Assembly (NCBI RefSeq): GCF_019059575.1
Contig: NW_024881729.1
Coordinates: 416,406-480,405, forward strand
Direction of reading: 5' to 3'
Length of the DNA stretch: 64,000 bases
DNA from: Amphibalanus amphitrite
Lineage: Eukaryota
Position numbers and translations under genes: made by a program. Under the pieces are notes generated by a model. It ran no database searches, was not told where the DNA came from, and saw only the letters and a list, made by a program, of their open reading frames with translations. Positions 13,401 through 25,546 of this stretch are shown piece by piece. How positions within the stretch are numbered: the first letter of the stretch is position 1; each line of letters begins with the position of its first letter.

Positions 13401-16400
13401 CCTGTTGGTCTCCCTGTTTTTGTACCTGGCTGGAGAGCGGCGGGTGGCGTCGGCAGGCCAGCGGGCGGCCGCAGACCCGGCAGAAGGCAGCGGGAGGCGG
13501 TGGAAGGGGTGGAGGGAAGCGGCGGGAGTCACTGGGGGCGGAGAGAGGCGGAGGGAGGCACTGAGGAACGGCAGAGGTGGTATGACTGGAAGGCACTGAG
13601 GGTTGGTATGAAGAAGGCGTAGAGCTGTGAATCGTGTAAAGGTATCGACGTTTTAAGGATTGAGAAGCTTCTGGGGCGGTAAGGCGGATATTGACAGACA
13701 AAATAGGTATGCAAACACAGAGCGGTACCTTCTGACGTGTCAGTCCATCGGAGGCGGCGACCTGTGGCGGGCCGGTCGGTTCGGCGACCCCAGTTTAGAC
13801 GCAGTCTGTCATCACTCTCCGTGCTATCTGTTCCTGGCAAGTGCGGTGACACACACGCAGATAGGCAGCAGATAGACGGGCAGTCTGTGGCCGGACGAGG
13901 CACGCGTCCAGCCCGGAGCGGTGCGCCGTCCCTGGGAGAACTGATAGCCCGGCTCGTGGGCTGCGAGTCATCACTGAGCGCCCGCCGCCGCCGCCCGGCC
14001 CCGGGCCTTTGTTTCGGCGGCAATCGGCCGTTATCACTGCGGAGCCATGGACGATCACTGTGTTTGTTTTCGTCTTCTGGCTCATTTATTTACGGCGCTT
14101 ATACGGAAAGCGGCTAGTCCTGTTAATAAAATAAGCGTCTAATCGTTGGTCGGCCATCTTCCACGAGGGTCGCCGCCAACGCACCCGAAGGCAGGGCAGC
14201 CAGCGCAGGAGAAAATTGCCTTCAGGTGTACCGAGGAGCACGGCAGGAAGGCCGAAAGTCGTATCCCACACCGGGAGCATCCCACTTCATTACCGTTCAG
14301 CTGACGCACACGAACCTAGCCCGTGGCTCTTCGGCTGCCGATAGCCGATAGGGGCGATAGTGGCGTGCGAGCCAGCTCATCATTCATCTTGTCGTCCAGT
14401 CGCCAATTTTCGGATTTGACAACATGGAATTAGGCTAGCGCTGAGGAGCGGGCGGCGCGGATCGCTGGCAGCCGAGGGCTCACGGGCGACGGAAGTTCCC
14501 TCGACCGTGATCCGCTGCCTGTGACTGCCGGTCGGCCGTCCGCGCCCGTCGCGGAGATGCGGCTGAGCCGTGGCCGCGGGGTGCCCCGGCGCCGCCTTTC
14601 ATGATCGTCCGCCGCCGCCGTGCAAAAACAAAACGTCGCCGCCGGCACCGGAAGCGAGTAATGCACTGTTTTATTTCTGCCATCGCCGGCGGACCCCGGC
14701 CGGGCGGGGCGGTGCGCAGCCTCGGCCGCCCGTGGCGAGCTGTCGCCGAGATCGGCACCGCCGCGGGAGCCGTCAGAGCTCAGAAGGGTCTCTGCAGTTG
14801 ACCGAGAGCGCTCCCGGGGCTCCGAGCCACCCGGTCACTCCCCTCCCCTTGCTCACTCCCCTGTCAGAGCACCCAGACGAGTTGTGCAATCCGGCGAGCC
14901 ACTGCACCGAGCTCGGTCGGCCGTTTTTAGTTTCCTCTCGCAGACTGTTGTACTCCAGTGTTGCCCCGGTGACGCCTCGTCGATCGACCCGTCGGTCTGA
15001 CCCGGCAGCCGGCCGCCGACCGCGCGTCTCACACCTGTTGACTCTGAGCGTTCGCCGCTCTCCCGCGCACCTCCCTCCCCGACCGGTCGTCAGTGGCACG
15101 CCGGTAACGAGCACTCGACGGGGCGGGGCCGGCGCCGACACCACAATGGCTGTTTTTACCGGACGGTCGCCGCCGCGCCGCCGTCGACTTCAGAACCCAC
15201 TCGGGCCGCTTTGTTTGGTCAGGGACCGCAGAGGAATTAGAGCCAATCAGTGCGCGTCGGGGCTGCGCGCCGGGCACCGGTAGAATCACGGCTGACAGAG
15301 TCGGGGTTGACTCGTGGATGACGGAAGCTCGGCGCGGCTCGCGTGCGCGTGAATTGTGGCATTACGGCCAATTTTCGACGACACCGTCACCACGCGCGGT
15401 CGTCCCTCGTCGGTACCGACACACGAGCCGGCGCCGAGCTGGCGAGCGAGGTGACACCGGGCGCTGTGTCTCCGAGCGGCGAGACGGCGACACAGCTGAG
15501 CGCTCAGGAACGAGCGCGACCTTCGAGTTGACACCTGGACACGGCCAGACGACACCGACTGTCGGCGGCCGGCGTTCGGCGGCGATCCGCGCCGAGCCGG
15601 GCCCGGCGGCGCTGCCAGATACGCGGCGCTGTTTGGATGACCTGCGCTGAACGACGCGCTCTGCGCCGGAGTGCGTCGGGGTGCGCCGCGCCGGCTGGCT
15701 GTTGTGTTTGGTGCGCTCTTCCAGACTGGCGGCGGAGGAGGCGCGTCCTGGGCCGTCGGCCCGCCCGACCGGCGGCCTCCCCCCCCCCCCTCCCGCTGGC
15801 TCCATTATGCGACGGAGGGCACGGCGCCGCCCGCTGGCCCGCCGACTCTCCCGGCCGACAGTCGCCTCATCACCGGAGCTGTCCCCGCGTCTGATTTGTC
15901 GTCCGCTCTGCAGACCACATTATGCTTTGTTTGGCCGACGCCGGTGACGTCCATCCGGGCGGCTGTGTGATGTGAGCCGACGCCAGATTCTCCGCTGTCG
16001 CGGCGCTGTCACACTCACTCAGCAGCGTTTGAAGTGTCCCCGGGCCGCGGAGGCCGCTGTCTGGGCGCGGCCCGCAGCCCGCCGGCGCTCCGACCGACCG
16101 GCGCGGCGGCGGCGGCGGCGGCGCATAGCTGCGGTTCCTGTACGGCCGGCGTCGACAGCATTCCCAGGATATTAACCTTACCCTCTGCCCGACTCTGGTC
16201 TCATCCCGTTTTATTGCGGCAACTGAAGGCTAATTTTGACCCGGCTGGCCGACACGTCTACCGGGCCCGGTACGAGCGCTGTTTGGACGAATCTCCGGCC
16301 TTCCACTTAATTAGATTTTCTTTTATCACGGCCGGCCGAGGTTTTACCGCGCCGGCCGATAGAGTGTCGCCCGGTGAGACCGTAAAGGTGCTCGGTCCGG

Positions 16401-17169
16401 TGCTGGCGGCGGGCGCGGCTCTCAGTCGGTCTCAGACGGGACACGCCGCCGTATTTATGATCGTGCCGTAATTGCTGGGAATGGCGTGCTCTGCAGGGGA
16501 CAGCGGCGGAGACGGCTGAGATGGCCGAGACGCGGCTGGAGGCGGCCGGCGGTGGCTGTGTGGCGGTTCCATTACATGCGCCGACAGACAGACAGTAGCC
16601 ATCTGCATGTCAGACTCGAAGTGCATATCAAACTAGAGTCATGAAGCGACGACGTTAGTGCATTAAGACGGGAACGATACTGCCACGAATTCGGGTCCTG
16701 CATCGGAAAACAACTCCTTCGGAGGATATGCATCGTGCTGAGTGCAGGCATTTCCCCAGGCTCCTGCGGTTCTGGATTTCACACATGGCTCACAGAAATC
16801 GCCTTGACTGACCAAAACTCGGAGGTGAGATTTCCTTTTCGGCGACCATGAATCAGGATCACTGCCGGCGGCGGCTCAGTGGGCGTCGTTTCGGGTCGGC
16901 GTGGTGGACCGGTTAGTGCCAGCGGTCTGAGGCACGACCCTTCCGACATGACCCAGGCCTGGAGGAAGGCCAGAGGCGTGCCGACCGGCCGAGACCGACC
17001 GAGACGCACTGGGGCGGTGCCAGGTCTCGGGGGCGTCACTGGTGCTCCCGTTGGGTCAGTGCTGCCTGGTCAAATACACACGGCATATCCTGGCGGACGA
17101 GCTGGTATCAGCACCGAGACACACTAGGGACTTCTGGAGACGGACTCCTCACCAGCCCGGTATATTTAC

Positions 17170-19600
17170 CTGTCTCAGATACAGATACAGATACAGATAT
17201 ATTCGAGCCAGATCCACACATTGGAGTGGCTTTTCACAAGCTCACGTCATACGATGGGGGATATCATGGGGAGGGGGAGTATATCGAGCACACATCCACG
17301 CATTCACAAATCACAGTACGTATGCTCAACATAGGCACACACAATCTAAGCATCTTGTTCAGGCATTGCTCGCAGCACCTTCATAGCGTTAGCTCTGAAA
17401 GATGACACCATTGGGTCAACTTTGAGCTGGTTGAGTCGTGCCACTCCCCTGTAGCACAGCCGCCGTCGGCCTGCCTCCGTCCGAATGGACGGGAGCGTGA
17501 GCAAATTGGCGCGCCTTGTGTCGTGCTGGTGGCGATTGCTCGCCTGGCGCCCTATGGTGCTGCTCAGTCGCTCAGGCTGGGAAGACACGATAGCTCGCTG
17601 TACAGCGCACACGGTGTGGTAGTCAATTAGTCGCTTGGCAGATAACCATTTCAATTCGCGCATTACAGATGCCACACTGTCGCGACGCCGCTTGTTCGAC
17701 ACGACCCGGGCACAGAAGTTCAGTACTTTTTGAAGCCGCCGAAGTTGCGTCTCTCCGCACGATCCGTAGACGGACGAACAGTATCGCAATACCGAGATCA
17801 CTAGTGACTGGACGATGCACTTCAAGGCAGACCTCGGCACAACATGACGTGCATGCATCAGTGCTATGAGCATACCAGTACATTTCTGTGTAACGCTGTC
17901 GACATGCGGCTCAAAACTCAAATGACGGTCCATCGTCACTCCGAGGTTCCTCACCGTTCTAGACTCAGTGATTGTGGTCGCACAGAAATCCACAGTAACA
18001 GGGGCCAAACCGCGGAGCATTGCTGGCGTTCCTATCACGAGCATCTTTGTTTTTCCTGCGTTCAGTTTCATGCCGTTATGGCAAAACCACTGAAAAACGC
18101 AGGAGAGCGCGTGCTCCATGCGTGCGATCAGCTGATCTACATCACATTTTCTGCCAGTAACCATGAGCTGCGTGTCGTCCGCAAATTGAACGACGGTGAC
18201 GTCATCAGGCACACACAAGCACAGGTCATTTGAGAAGAGCATATAAAGAACGCAGCTGAGCGCTCCGCCTTGATACACACCGATCTCGTTGGGTTTGCTA
18301 TCTGACAGGAGACTCGCACCATCTGCACCCCTCATCTGCACCTGCTGCGAATGATGCGCTAAATAGTTACGGAACCACTGCACATCTACACCGTATACCG
18401 ACAACTTTTCCAGTAGTTTTGCGTGTGGGACTACATCAAAACATTTTGATAGATCTAATAGTACCAAAATACAGATTTGTCCATTGTCCATGGCTTGAAG
18501 AGCCATGTCCGTTACAGTATGCAGAGCAGTTTCGGTGGATCGCTGTTTGCGATAACCGTGTTGAGCATCGGAAAGCAAGTGGTTATCCTCTAGATAGCTT
18601 GACAGCTGGCCCTGAACAATACGCTCCACCAGCTTCATAATCGCTGGTAGAATAGATATGGGACGCGTATCAGACGGTTTCACAGACGTCTTCCCCTTCG
18701 GAATAGGGGTCACTAGTGCGTGCTTCCAATCACGCGGCACGACACCAGTAGCCAGGCTGGAATTCACTACGTTTAGCAGTACGTGGCCCATCCCGGAGAA
18801 GAAAGACTGAAGCATCAGTACGCTAATACCATCCTTGCCGGTTGATTTCGACGGCTTCATCAGCAAAAGAGTGGCATACAGTGTGTCATAATCAGTAGTG
18901 CGCACCACGAACGCGGCGGCCGGCACACGAGGTAGACGCATGGGCACACGCATCGTAGCCGCAGGCACACTAGCAGCCGTGGCCGGTCCGATCGTGACGT
19001 AGAAGTCGTTGAGAGCGTTCGGAGTAATTCTCGGCACTTCACAGGTCTGCTGCTTTTAGCCGATAACAGGTCGCAGCGCACGCCACAGCCCGCCTCTGTC
19101 GCCGAGCCGGATCGCTCTAGTATAGCGCTCTCGGCTCTCATTCCGCACGGCGGCACGGTACAGCCGGTTCACCCGCTTGTATTCAGCGCGGTCGTCCCCA
19201 GCTAAGGCCGCGCGGCGGCTCTGCAACAGCTGCTGCGTTTCGGCAGACACGGCTGGCGCTGTCAACTGCCGGTCACGCACACGTTTGAGAGGTGCAACAG
19301 TGTCGAGCCGGCCGATGAACGTATCGCGGAAGGTCGAGGCGACTCCCCTCCCCTCCAATCCCATCTCGAACGTCATCAGATCCCCTGACGTCATGAGATC
19401 TCCTGACGTCATCATGAACCCGTGACGCCGCTCATGGATGGCCATCTGGTCGCGGACCAATTAGTCTGTGCAGGCCGATTCCCTGCCGCTCGTTGTCTGC
19501 GCTGCTGCAGTCAGCCGACCGGCCGCCGCGTTTGGCTGCGGTATTAATCGTGATGACTGAAGGTCGAGGCGACTCCCCTCCCCTCCAATCCCATCCCCTC
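17170..19600 (-). mobile_element. 5-prime-truncated CR1/L2-like LINE copy containing a reverse-transcriptase ORF. A frameshift lies near 19040. The 3-prime end abuts a (CAGATA)n tail at 17170-17200.
   Basis: ORF 17346-19037 on the minus strand has reverse-transcriptase motifs (PKGKTSVKPSDTRPISILPAIMKLVERIV, YRKQRST, FADDTQLM) and a CR1-like C-terminus. The upstream minus-strand ORF 19056-19460 resembles the endonuclease-to-RT linker. Located in ephrin intron 1. Confidence 0.75.
17346..19037 (-). CDS. LINE ORF2 fragment (reverse-transcriptase domain plus C-terminal region), 563 aa
   Basis: Reverse-transcriptase motifs 1-7, including FADD. Confidence 0.75.
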   Translation of the reverse strand: MPRITPNALNDFYVTIGPATAASVPAATMRVPMRLPRVPAAAFVVRTTDYDTLYATLLLMKPSKSTGKDGISVLMLQSFFSGMGHVLLNVVNSSLATGVVPRDWKHALVTPIPKGKTSVKPSDTRPISILPAIMKLVERIVQGQLSSYLEDNHLLSDAQHGYRKQRSTETALHTVTDMALQAMDNGQICILVLLDLSKCFDVVPHAKLLEKLSVYGVDVQWFRNYLAHHSQQVQMRGADGASLLSDSKPNEIGVYQGGALSCVLYMLFSNDLCLCVPDDVTVVQFADDTQLMVTGRKCDVDQLIARMEHALSCVFQWFCHNGMKLNAGKTKMLVIGTPAMLRGLAPVTVDFCATTITESRTVRNLGVTMDRHLSFEPHVDSVTQKCTGMLIALMHARHVVPRSALKCIVQSLVISVLRYCSSVYGSCGETQLRRLQKVLNFCARVVSNKRRRDSVASVMRELKWLSAKRLIDYHTVCAVQRAIVSSQPERLSSTIGRQASNRHQHDTRRANLLTLPSIRTEAGRRRLCYRGVARLNQLKVDPMVSSFRANAMKVLRAMPEQDA

Positions 19601-19800
19601 TCATTGCTGTCGACACCGTGACCTCGGGTGCAGCCTGTGGTTGGGACGCGGCGGACTCTCAGGCCAGGACCTATCCACGAAGAGAAAAGGATTAGGTAGA
19701 GGTCTGAACTTTCGCACTGATTGTTGCAACCCGCGATCTTTCGTCCTGGCGGTCGTCGCGGTGCAGTGTGGGAGCAGAATTGCCTCTCGGTCTGATCCAT

Positions 19801-19848
19801 CTGTCTGCCTGTCTGTCTGTCTGTATGTCAGTGTCTGTCTGTCTGTCG
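19801..19848. repeat. (CTGT)n microsatellite
   Basis: Direct reading. Confidence 0.9.
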
Positions 19849-20862
19849 GCCCCCGAGTCGTCGGTAGCCGGTCCGACCGGCGTGCCACGCACCGGTCAGG
19901 CTGCAGACCGCCACCACAAAAATCAATGTATCACCGATACCTGCCCAACCTGTTCCGCCTCTCCGCGGGGCCGGCCCGCTCCGGTGAAGGGCCTGCGGTA
20001 GCTGTACTCTGCGGTGGCGATCCTGGCGCGGCGGCGGCGGCTCTGGCGCAGGTGCACGCTCGCTGACCGGTCGCTGACGGCTCACAATGGAATGGCAATG
20101 CAGGTGCAGGAGGACTGTCAGCGGCCGCGATGTGCTGGGGAGGGATACAGGAGATCGGGGCCTCACGTAGGGCTGAAGGCAAATGGTTTGTGTGGATACC
20201 GGTGGCAAGGACTGGCAGGTGACGGTAGACGGAATAGGCGACGTGTGACAGCAAAGACCGCAGGTGACATTGCACGGGAGTAGCGCGATGTACAGAGAGC
20301 TGCTCGCCAGAGAAGTTTCGAACCGTCAAAGGTCAGAATGTTATCGGTGTGCGCGGCGTTACCCGTCCGCCGGCTGCCAAGGGTTGCGTCTCTGTTTATC
20401 TCGACAACGCGCTCAATCCCAGTAATGTCTCTGCGGGTTGTATGCTCTCCCGGTGGCCAATGTCCCGGGGCAGTCGTCCTAAGTGACACCGGTGTGAAAA
20501 ACGACCGTGTCCTCCTCCGCGGCTCTGACGTCACGGCTCCGGCGGCGTCACATGGAGTCACATAGCGTCACGCGCGGTCGCTGAGCGTCACAGACGTCGC
20601 GCTGCGCCACATCAAAGCACCTGCTGTCGGCTGTTCTCCGGACTAACGAGGGCGGCGGAGCGAGCCCAAGAGCTGGCGAGGCGCGCGCGAGCTGGTCCGC
20701 GACGCGCGAGACGTCTGCCAAATCGATAGCGACGCGACGGCCGCGGCGAGGCGCGAGACGGGAGCGACGCGTCGCAGCCGTCGGCGGGCGCAGCGCCGGA
20801 GACGAGCCAAAGCCGCAGCTGCGGCTGCCGCTCGGCAGGGACAATGTGCCCCGGAGGTGCCA

Positions 20863-20918
20863 CCCCGCCCCGCCCCGCCCCGCCCCGCCCCGCCCCGCCG
20901 CCGCCGCCGCCCGAGCCG
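20863..20918. repeat. (CCCCGC)n hexanucleotide repeat followed by (CCG)n
   Basis: Direct reading. Confidence 0.9.
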
Positions 20919-23900
20919 CCCATACAGCTGTGCGCCCAACTGTTTCGTGTAATGAATTTTATTTTTGAGTGGCGCCGGCCGTCGGCTGCTTTGTAGCTGG
21001 GAGGAGTTGCAGCGCCGTGTCGGCCGCGCGGCTATTGTGACGTATTGCTGACTCAGCGGGGAGCCGGCGGCCCTCCGCTCTGCCTCTGTCCCTCTCCTCT
21101 GTACCCCTCTCTCCGCTCTGCAGCGGCCCGCCTCCCGCCGCTCTGAAGCGCACGTGCCCTCTCACTGCGTCCCTCTGTTCGCCGCGTGCAGTGCTGTGTC
21201 CGACTGTGCCACTAATGGGTGTTTTTCTGTCTGTTTCAGGTGAGTACTCTACCGGCTGGTGATGCTGTGACCTTCGCGCCCGCTGGGCTCGCTGTGACTC
21301 GAGCTCGAGTGCATTCTGCAACGGTGATGTACCCCGCCATACCCCATGTGGCTCTGCCTCCCACCTTCCCGCCGCCACTGGTTACCACTGCGTCGTTCTC
21401 GCCTCCTACATTCCTGGTCGGGCACGCGGCGCCGGGCCAGATGGCATCTCCCGTCGAGCTCGGCCCGCCTCGGCACGGTCGGTGCCCGAGTGACCCGTTA
21501 CCTGACGCGAGCCGGCCCGCCCCGAACATTGCCCGCGCCTGTCGTGCCGCTGCCGACAGTCACTGTCGACATGGTTTGACTGCGCTGTTACGGGACAGCT
21601 ATAAGATGTCGGCAGGAACGTGTCCTGTCCTCTCATGTCGGCACGGTGGGGGCACGTGTCAATGGGACTAGGGGCGCACTGTGCTTCCCTGTATACCGTC
21701 CATCGACCTATGTATATGTATCGCGGCGATACTCCAGCCAGCTCAGGGCTGATGAAACTTACAGGGTGGCCCGCAGGGACCCAGCGAGGGCGTCAAACGT
21801 GTCCAGCTGCTCAGCACCGGCCCGCTGACTGGCATTTGCATGTGATTGCAGTGCGGTGCTGATAGCTATCATCCTATTCCCGATCAGCATAGCATTATCA
21901 TTGGGAAAAGATGGGGCTTTGTCTTGCGGCCATTTGGAGAATGCGATAAAATTAGCGCGACTCTTGTCCCGAAATAGCTCATTGATATATCGCGCCTTGC
22001 GATAATCCTTTGTCGGATTCTTTCGAAACATCTGACTACATAGCGCACTGAATGAGCACAGGACGCGGTACAAGGCGCCCCAGAAGGGTGCGTGGTGGTT
22101 GTTAGTCCCGTCACCGCAGCTCCGCCCCTCCCCTCTCATCCCCCGCGGTGCACTGCGCGGTGGGACGGCGGCGGCGGCGGTGGCGGCGTCTCCAAAGCGA
22201 CTGCAGATAATTGTCGTGTCATTAATCGCACACGGGGAGGCCGTTCGACCAATCCCAGCTCGAGGACGCTGCGCCTAACCCGGCCCTGACGACGGCGGAG
22301 GTCGTCCCATTACCGTTTGCTGGTTTTCAATACCGACCGGTACCTGCCTCCGGTTGGACCGACTTGGGCGCTGCCCCGGGGGAGGGGGAGGGTCGGCGGC
22401 GGCGGAGAGCGGCCCTCTCCGACCACATGTGGCCGGGCCCGCCGCGGCGGCTCTGCCAGCGCCGGCCACGCGCCATTGCCGCCGGGGTAGGAGGCTGCGA
22501 CGCAGGGCGGTGTTTGCCAGCCGCGCCGGCCGCGCCGCATTCTGAGCCACCTTACGAGCGGACCAGCCGCCCTCGTGTTCCGGATCGTAAATATCAACGG
22601 CCGGGGCCGGGCAGGACGGGGCGGCTGGTCATGGGCACCGCACTGGCAGCAGTCACAGCTTCGCTCTCGGTGCTCTGTGGAACTCATCTGGAGCAGAGTT
22701 GGGCGTATGTTGGCTCGGTGCGGCGCAGTTGGCACATGCGGGTTGAGTGGATGGCCGGCTGCTAGGAAGGCGGTGCCCCGATTGGCCGTTTGGTCATCCG
22801 TGATGTATGGAGCGGCGAAAATCGCTGAACGGGGTCCGACCGGCCCGCTCGGTACAGCACGCAACCGTCTCCTCGACCGCCCGGGGCACCGGCGTCCCCG
22901 GCGATTAACTCGTAGCTCTGAACCGATTTTTCCGATATGATTAATTCGTGCGCGGTGTGTCGGCATTAATTCAGGGTCGGTGGAGGCCCATTACAGAGGC
23001 GTGGCAGATCGGGATGAATCACAGGCGGCCCGCGGACACTGAACCGCCAGCCGCCGCGCCGGTCCAGCGCCGCCGGCCGCACCGGCGCGCTCTGGAAATT
23101 CCCTCCAGGGCTCTGCAATTTGCCTGCGCTGCGCGGCGATCCTGACGCAGCAGCGACATGCGCCGGGCCAGATGTCGCTCCTCCGCCGACGTCCGTTCCT
23201 TGGACGTCGCTCGGCTCCGCCCCCTGGCACGCCGCTCGGACCGACGCGGGTGTGCGGAGCCACTGCCGGGCCGGGCCGGGTCGACGTCTGACGTCCTTAG
23301 ACCGGGGATCGGGGCTATGGCACAGCGGCGGTGGTAAGCCGGGCGGCAGAGAGGTGTCCGTGTCGGCCCTCAGTGTGTCAAACAGCCGGCGTGGCGACCC
23401 GGTGAGACTGATGGTCTGAGTTGTGACGTCTTCTTGTCGTGGTCTCGGCTTCCTAGATTGCCTTTATACGCAACGGTTCGCCCGTCAGCCAGACAGTGTG
23501 CTTGACTATAAATTATCTCTGGCTGTGCTAAGCAATTGCCGCATCTCAGACAAACGATAATACTTCCTCGTGTCATCTGTTGTCGATTTAGATCGACTTC
23601 GTGTGCTATCAGTGCTCCAATAACTTCCTAATTGCAGCTCTGTTGACTTTGTTCTATAAACAAATGGTTTGTTTCCGTGTAATCCGGCGGTCTGTGTGCG
23701 TCTCTGCGGCGGGGCTGAGCTGTGTTACTCGGCGACTTAGTTTACGTAGTGCTTGCACGCGTCTCGGACACATCTGCCGTCCAGCCCGCCGCTGCCGCTA
23801 GAAAAACACACACTCGGTCCTACAGCCGCCTCATCATCAACAAACAGCGGCCGCAGCCAGACAAATCCAATCGGGACGCCGTAATGGTAATCCTGACGCG

Positions 23901-25478
23901 GACCCGCCGTCATCGGGTTTGTTGGGTTTGGCTGGTGGGCGCACAAAGCGGGTCTGTCAGTGAGAGGGTCGCCGACGGGGCACGTCGCGCCTGCCATTGT
24001 TCCTCTGGGCAGCTGTCCCTCTGTGCTCGGTTCACTCGTTAGTAATTTGTTTTGTGGGCTGACGTGGCGCCGGCGAATATGTCGCATTGAGTTACGTTTG
24101 TCGTCGTCGTGTTAGTGGCGATGAATTGAGACGGGACGGTGTTTTCTCGCAATGGAAAACCGCTGTTGTTCAGTGGTATGTGTGGCCGACAAAAGCGTGA
24201 GAAAATGGTATAAACGTATGCGGCGTTTGTGACAAACACGTCCCAGTTGAAAGGCGAGTCTGATCGAGTGCCACGGGCGTCAGTCGGCGTTTCCGGCGTG
24301 CACTAATTGCGTGGGCACCCAGCGGCGCAGATCGTGACTGAGAGGCTGGCTTTGGTTTCCGAGCGTGGCCCGGTGCCGGGTGCCGGGCGGCGGCCGCACC
24401 CGCCCATGGGGTCTCATGTTTCTCCACAGAGGGGAGCCGCCTCCCAGGCGTCGGCGGCGGCTCCGTCCCCTCCCGGCGCCGCCCAGAGGCGGCCGAGCGC
24501 ACAGAGACCCACATTTTTGCCACGCCAGCACTGGCTCAAGTTTCAGCTCGCGTGATCGATGCCAAACAGAAGCGAAACATTGTCGGCGTCAGTCTTTGCC
24601 GCGGCGGCGGCCTTTGTGGCGCGCTCGCGGCGCACACTCAATGAAGTCATGCGCCGGGCTTTGTTTTAGGCGCGCGCGCCGCCGAGCTGGTCTCAGCCGG
24701 AGAGGTGGTCCGGCGGGCGGAGTAGGTCATGGCACGCGCGGCCGCACTGCTCCAAATCCTGCTCATTTTCCTGTCACGTCCAAAAAGGCCTGTCCGGCCG
24801 CCCCCAAAACAGCTTATCAATACCAAACAGTGGCCTTATGAATCGGTAATTAACTTCGGTCCCTCGGTACGGTAATGAGCTGGTTTAAATGAGCCGGAAC
24901 GACGAGTGCGTTTCTCCTTGTGGCTCTCTCACGTTCCTCCAGCCCTTCTTGGGTCGGCTATGGCCGGATCGCGGCGGGGCGCCCGGCCGCGCCGACCGCC
25001 AGAATTCCGGGCCGACTCTCCCCCGTACTGCGCTTTTAGAGGCGGCCATTGTGCCGGCCGACCCGTGGGACGGGCAAGGGGTGAGCAGCCGGGCCCACTT
25101 GACGGCGCACAAAGGACCCTTTGAGGAATGTCATCTGTGCCCGCCCGTCGCGGCCTGGGAGCGCTCCTCCCATCGCGACAAATATCGGGTTGCCCTCCGC
25201 AGCCCGCCGCTCGCTGAATACCGGCCAGGTGAAAATGGCCGACACGCATTTGGAGCCGTCAGTGAACTCCGGGCCGCCGGCCGAGCGTCGCTGATCGCCG
25301 TGTCGACCCCACACACTGCCACGGACAGCGGCGCCCGCACGTGAAGCTAACCTCGGCGCTCTGCCTACCTGCAGAGTATTGATTCCGGTCGTCATGACGA
25401 CCCCACGCGACACACGCTCACCCGAGATAATAAGCAGGTGTGTGACGTAATGACATGATGTGGAGATGGAATTAAATT

Positions 25479-25546
25479 GATGAAATACTAGGACTTACTC
25501 CACAAGGAGATCGATCTCCTTGTGGAGTAAGTCCTAGTATTTCATC
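25479..25546. repeat. 68-bp perfect palindrome (two 34-nt arms, centre gagatc|gatctc), flanked by 14-bp direct repeats aagcaggtgtgtga at 25432-25445 and 25547-25560
   Basis: The reverse complement of the left arm equals the right arm exactly. Confidence 0.9.

Noticed and set aside
14570-15283. 237-aa plus-strand ORF and many other 100-250-aa ORFs in GC-rich stretches (for example 22310-22966, 25645-26370, 37612-38229, 37691-38428, 40026-40622)
   Set aside because: Pro/Arg/Ala/Gly-rich translations with no domain signature, overlapping on both strands. This is the expected stop-codon-poor noise in DNA of at least 60% GC.
21219-21250. tgtttcag|gtgagtactc motif resembling the ephrin exon-1 donor, as a possible micro-exon or duplicated exon
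   Set aside because: No coding potential or ephrin-like sequence flanking it. Only short similarity to the donor region.
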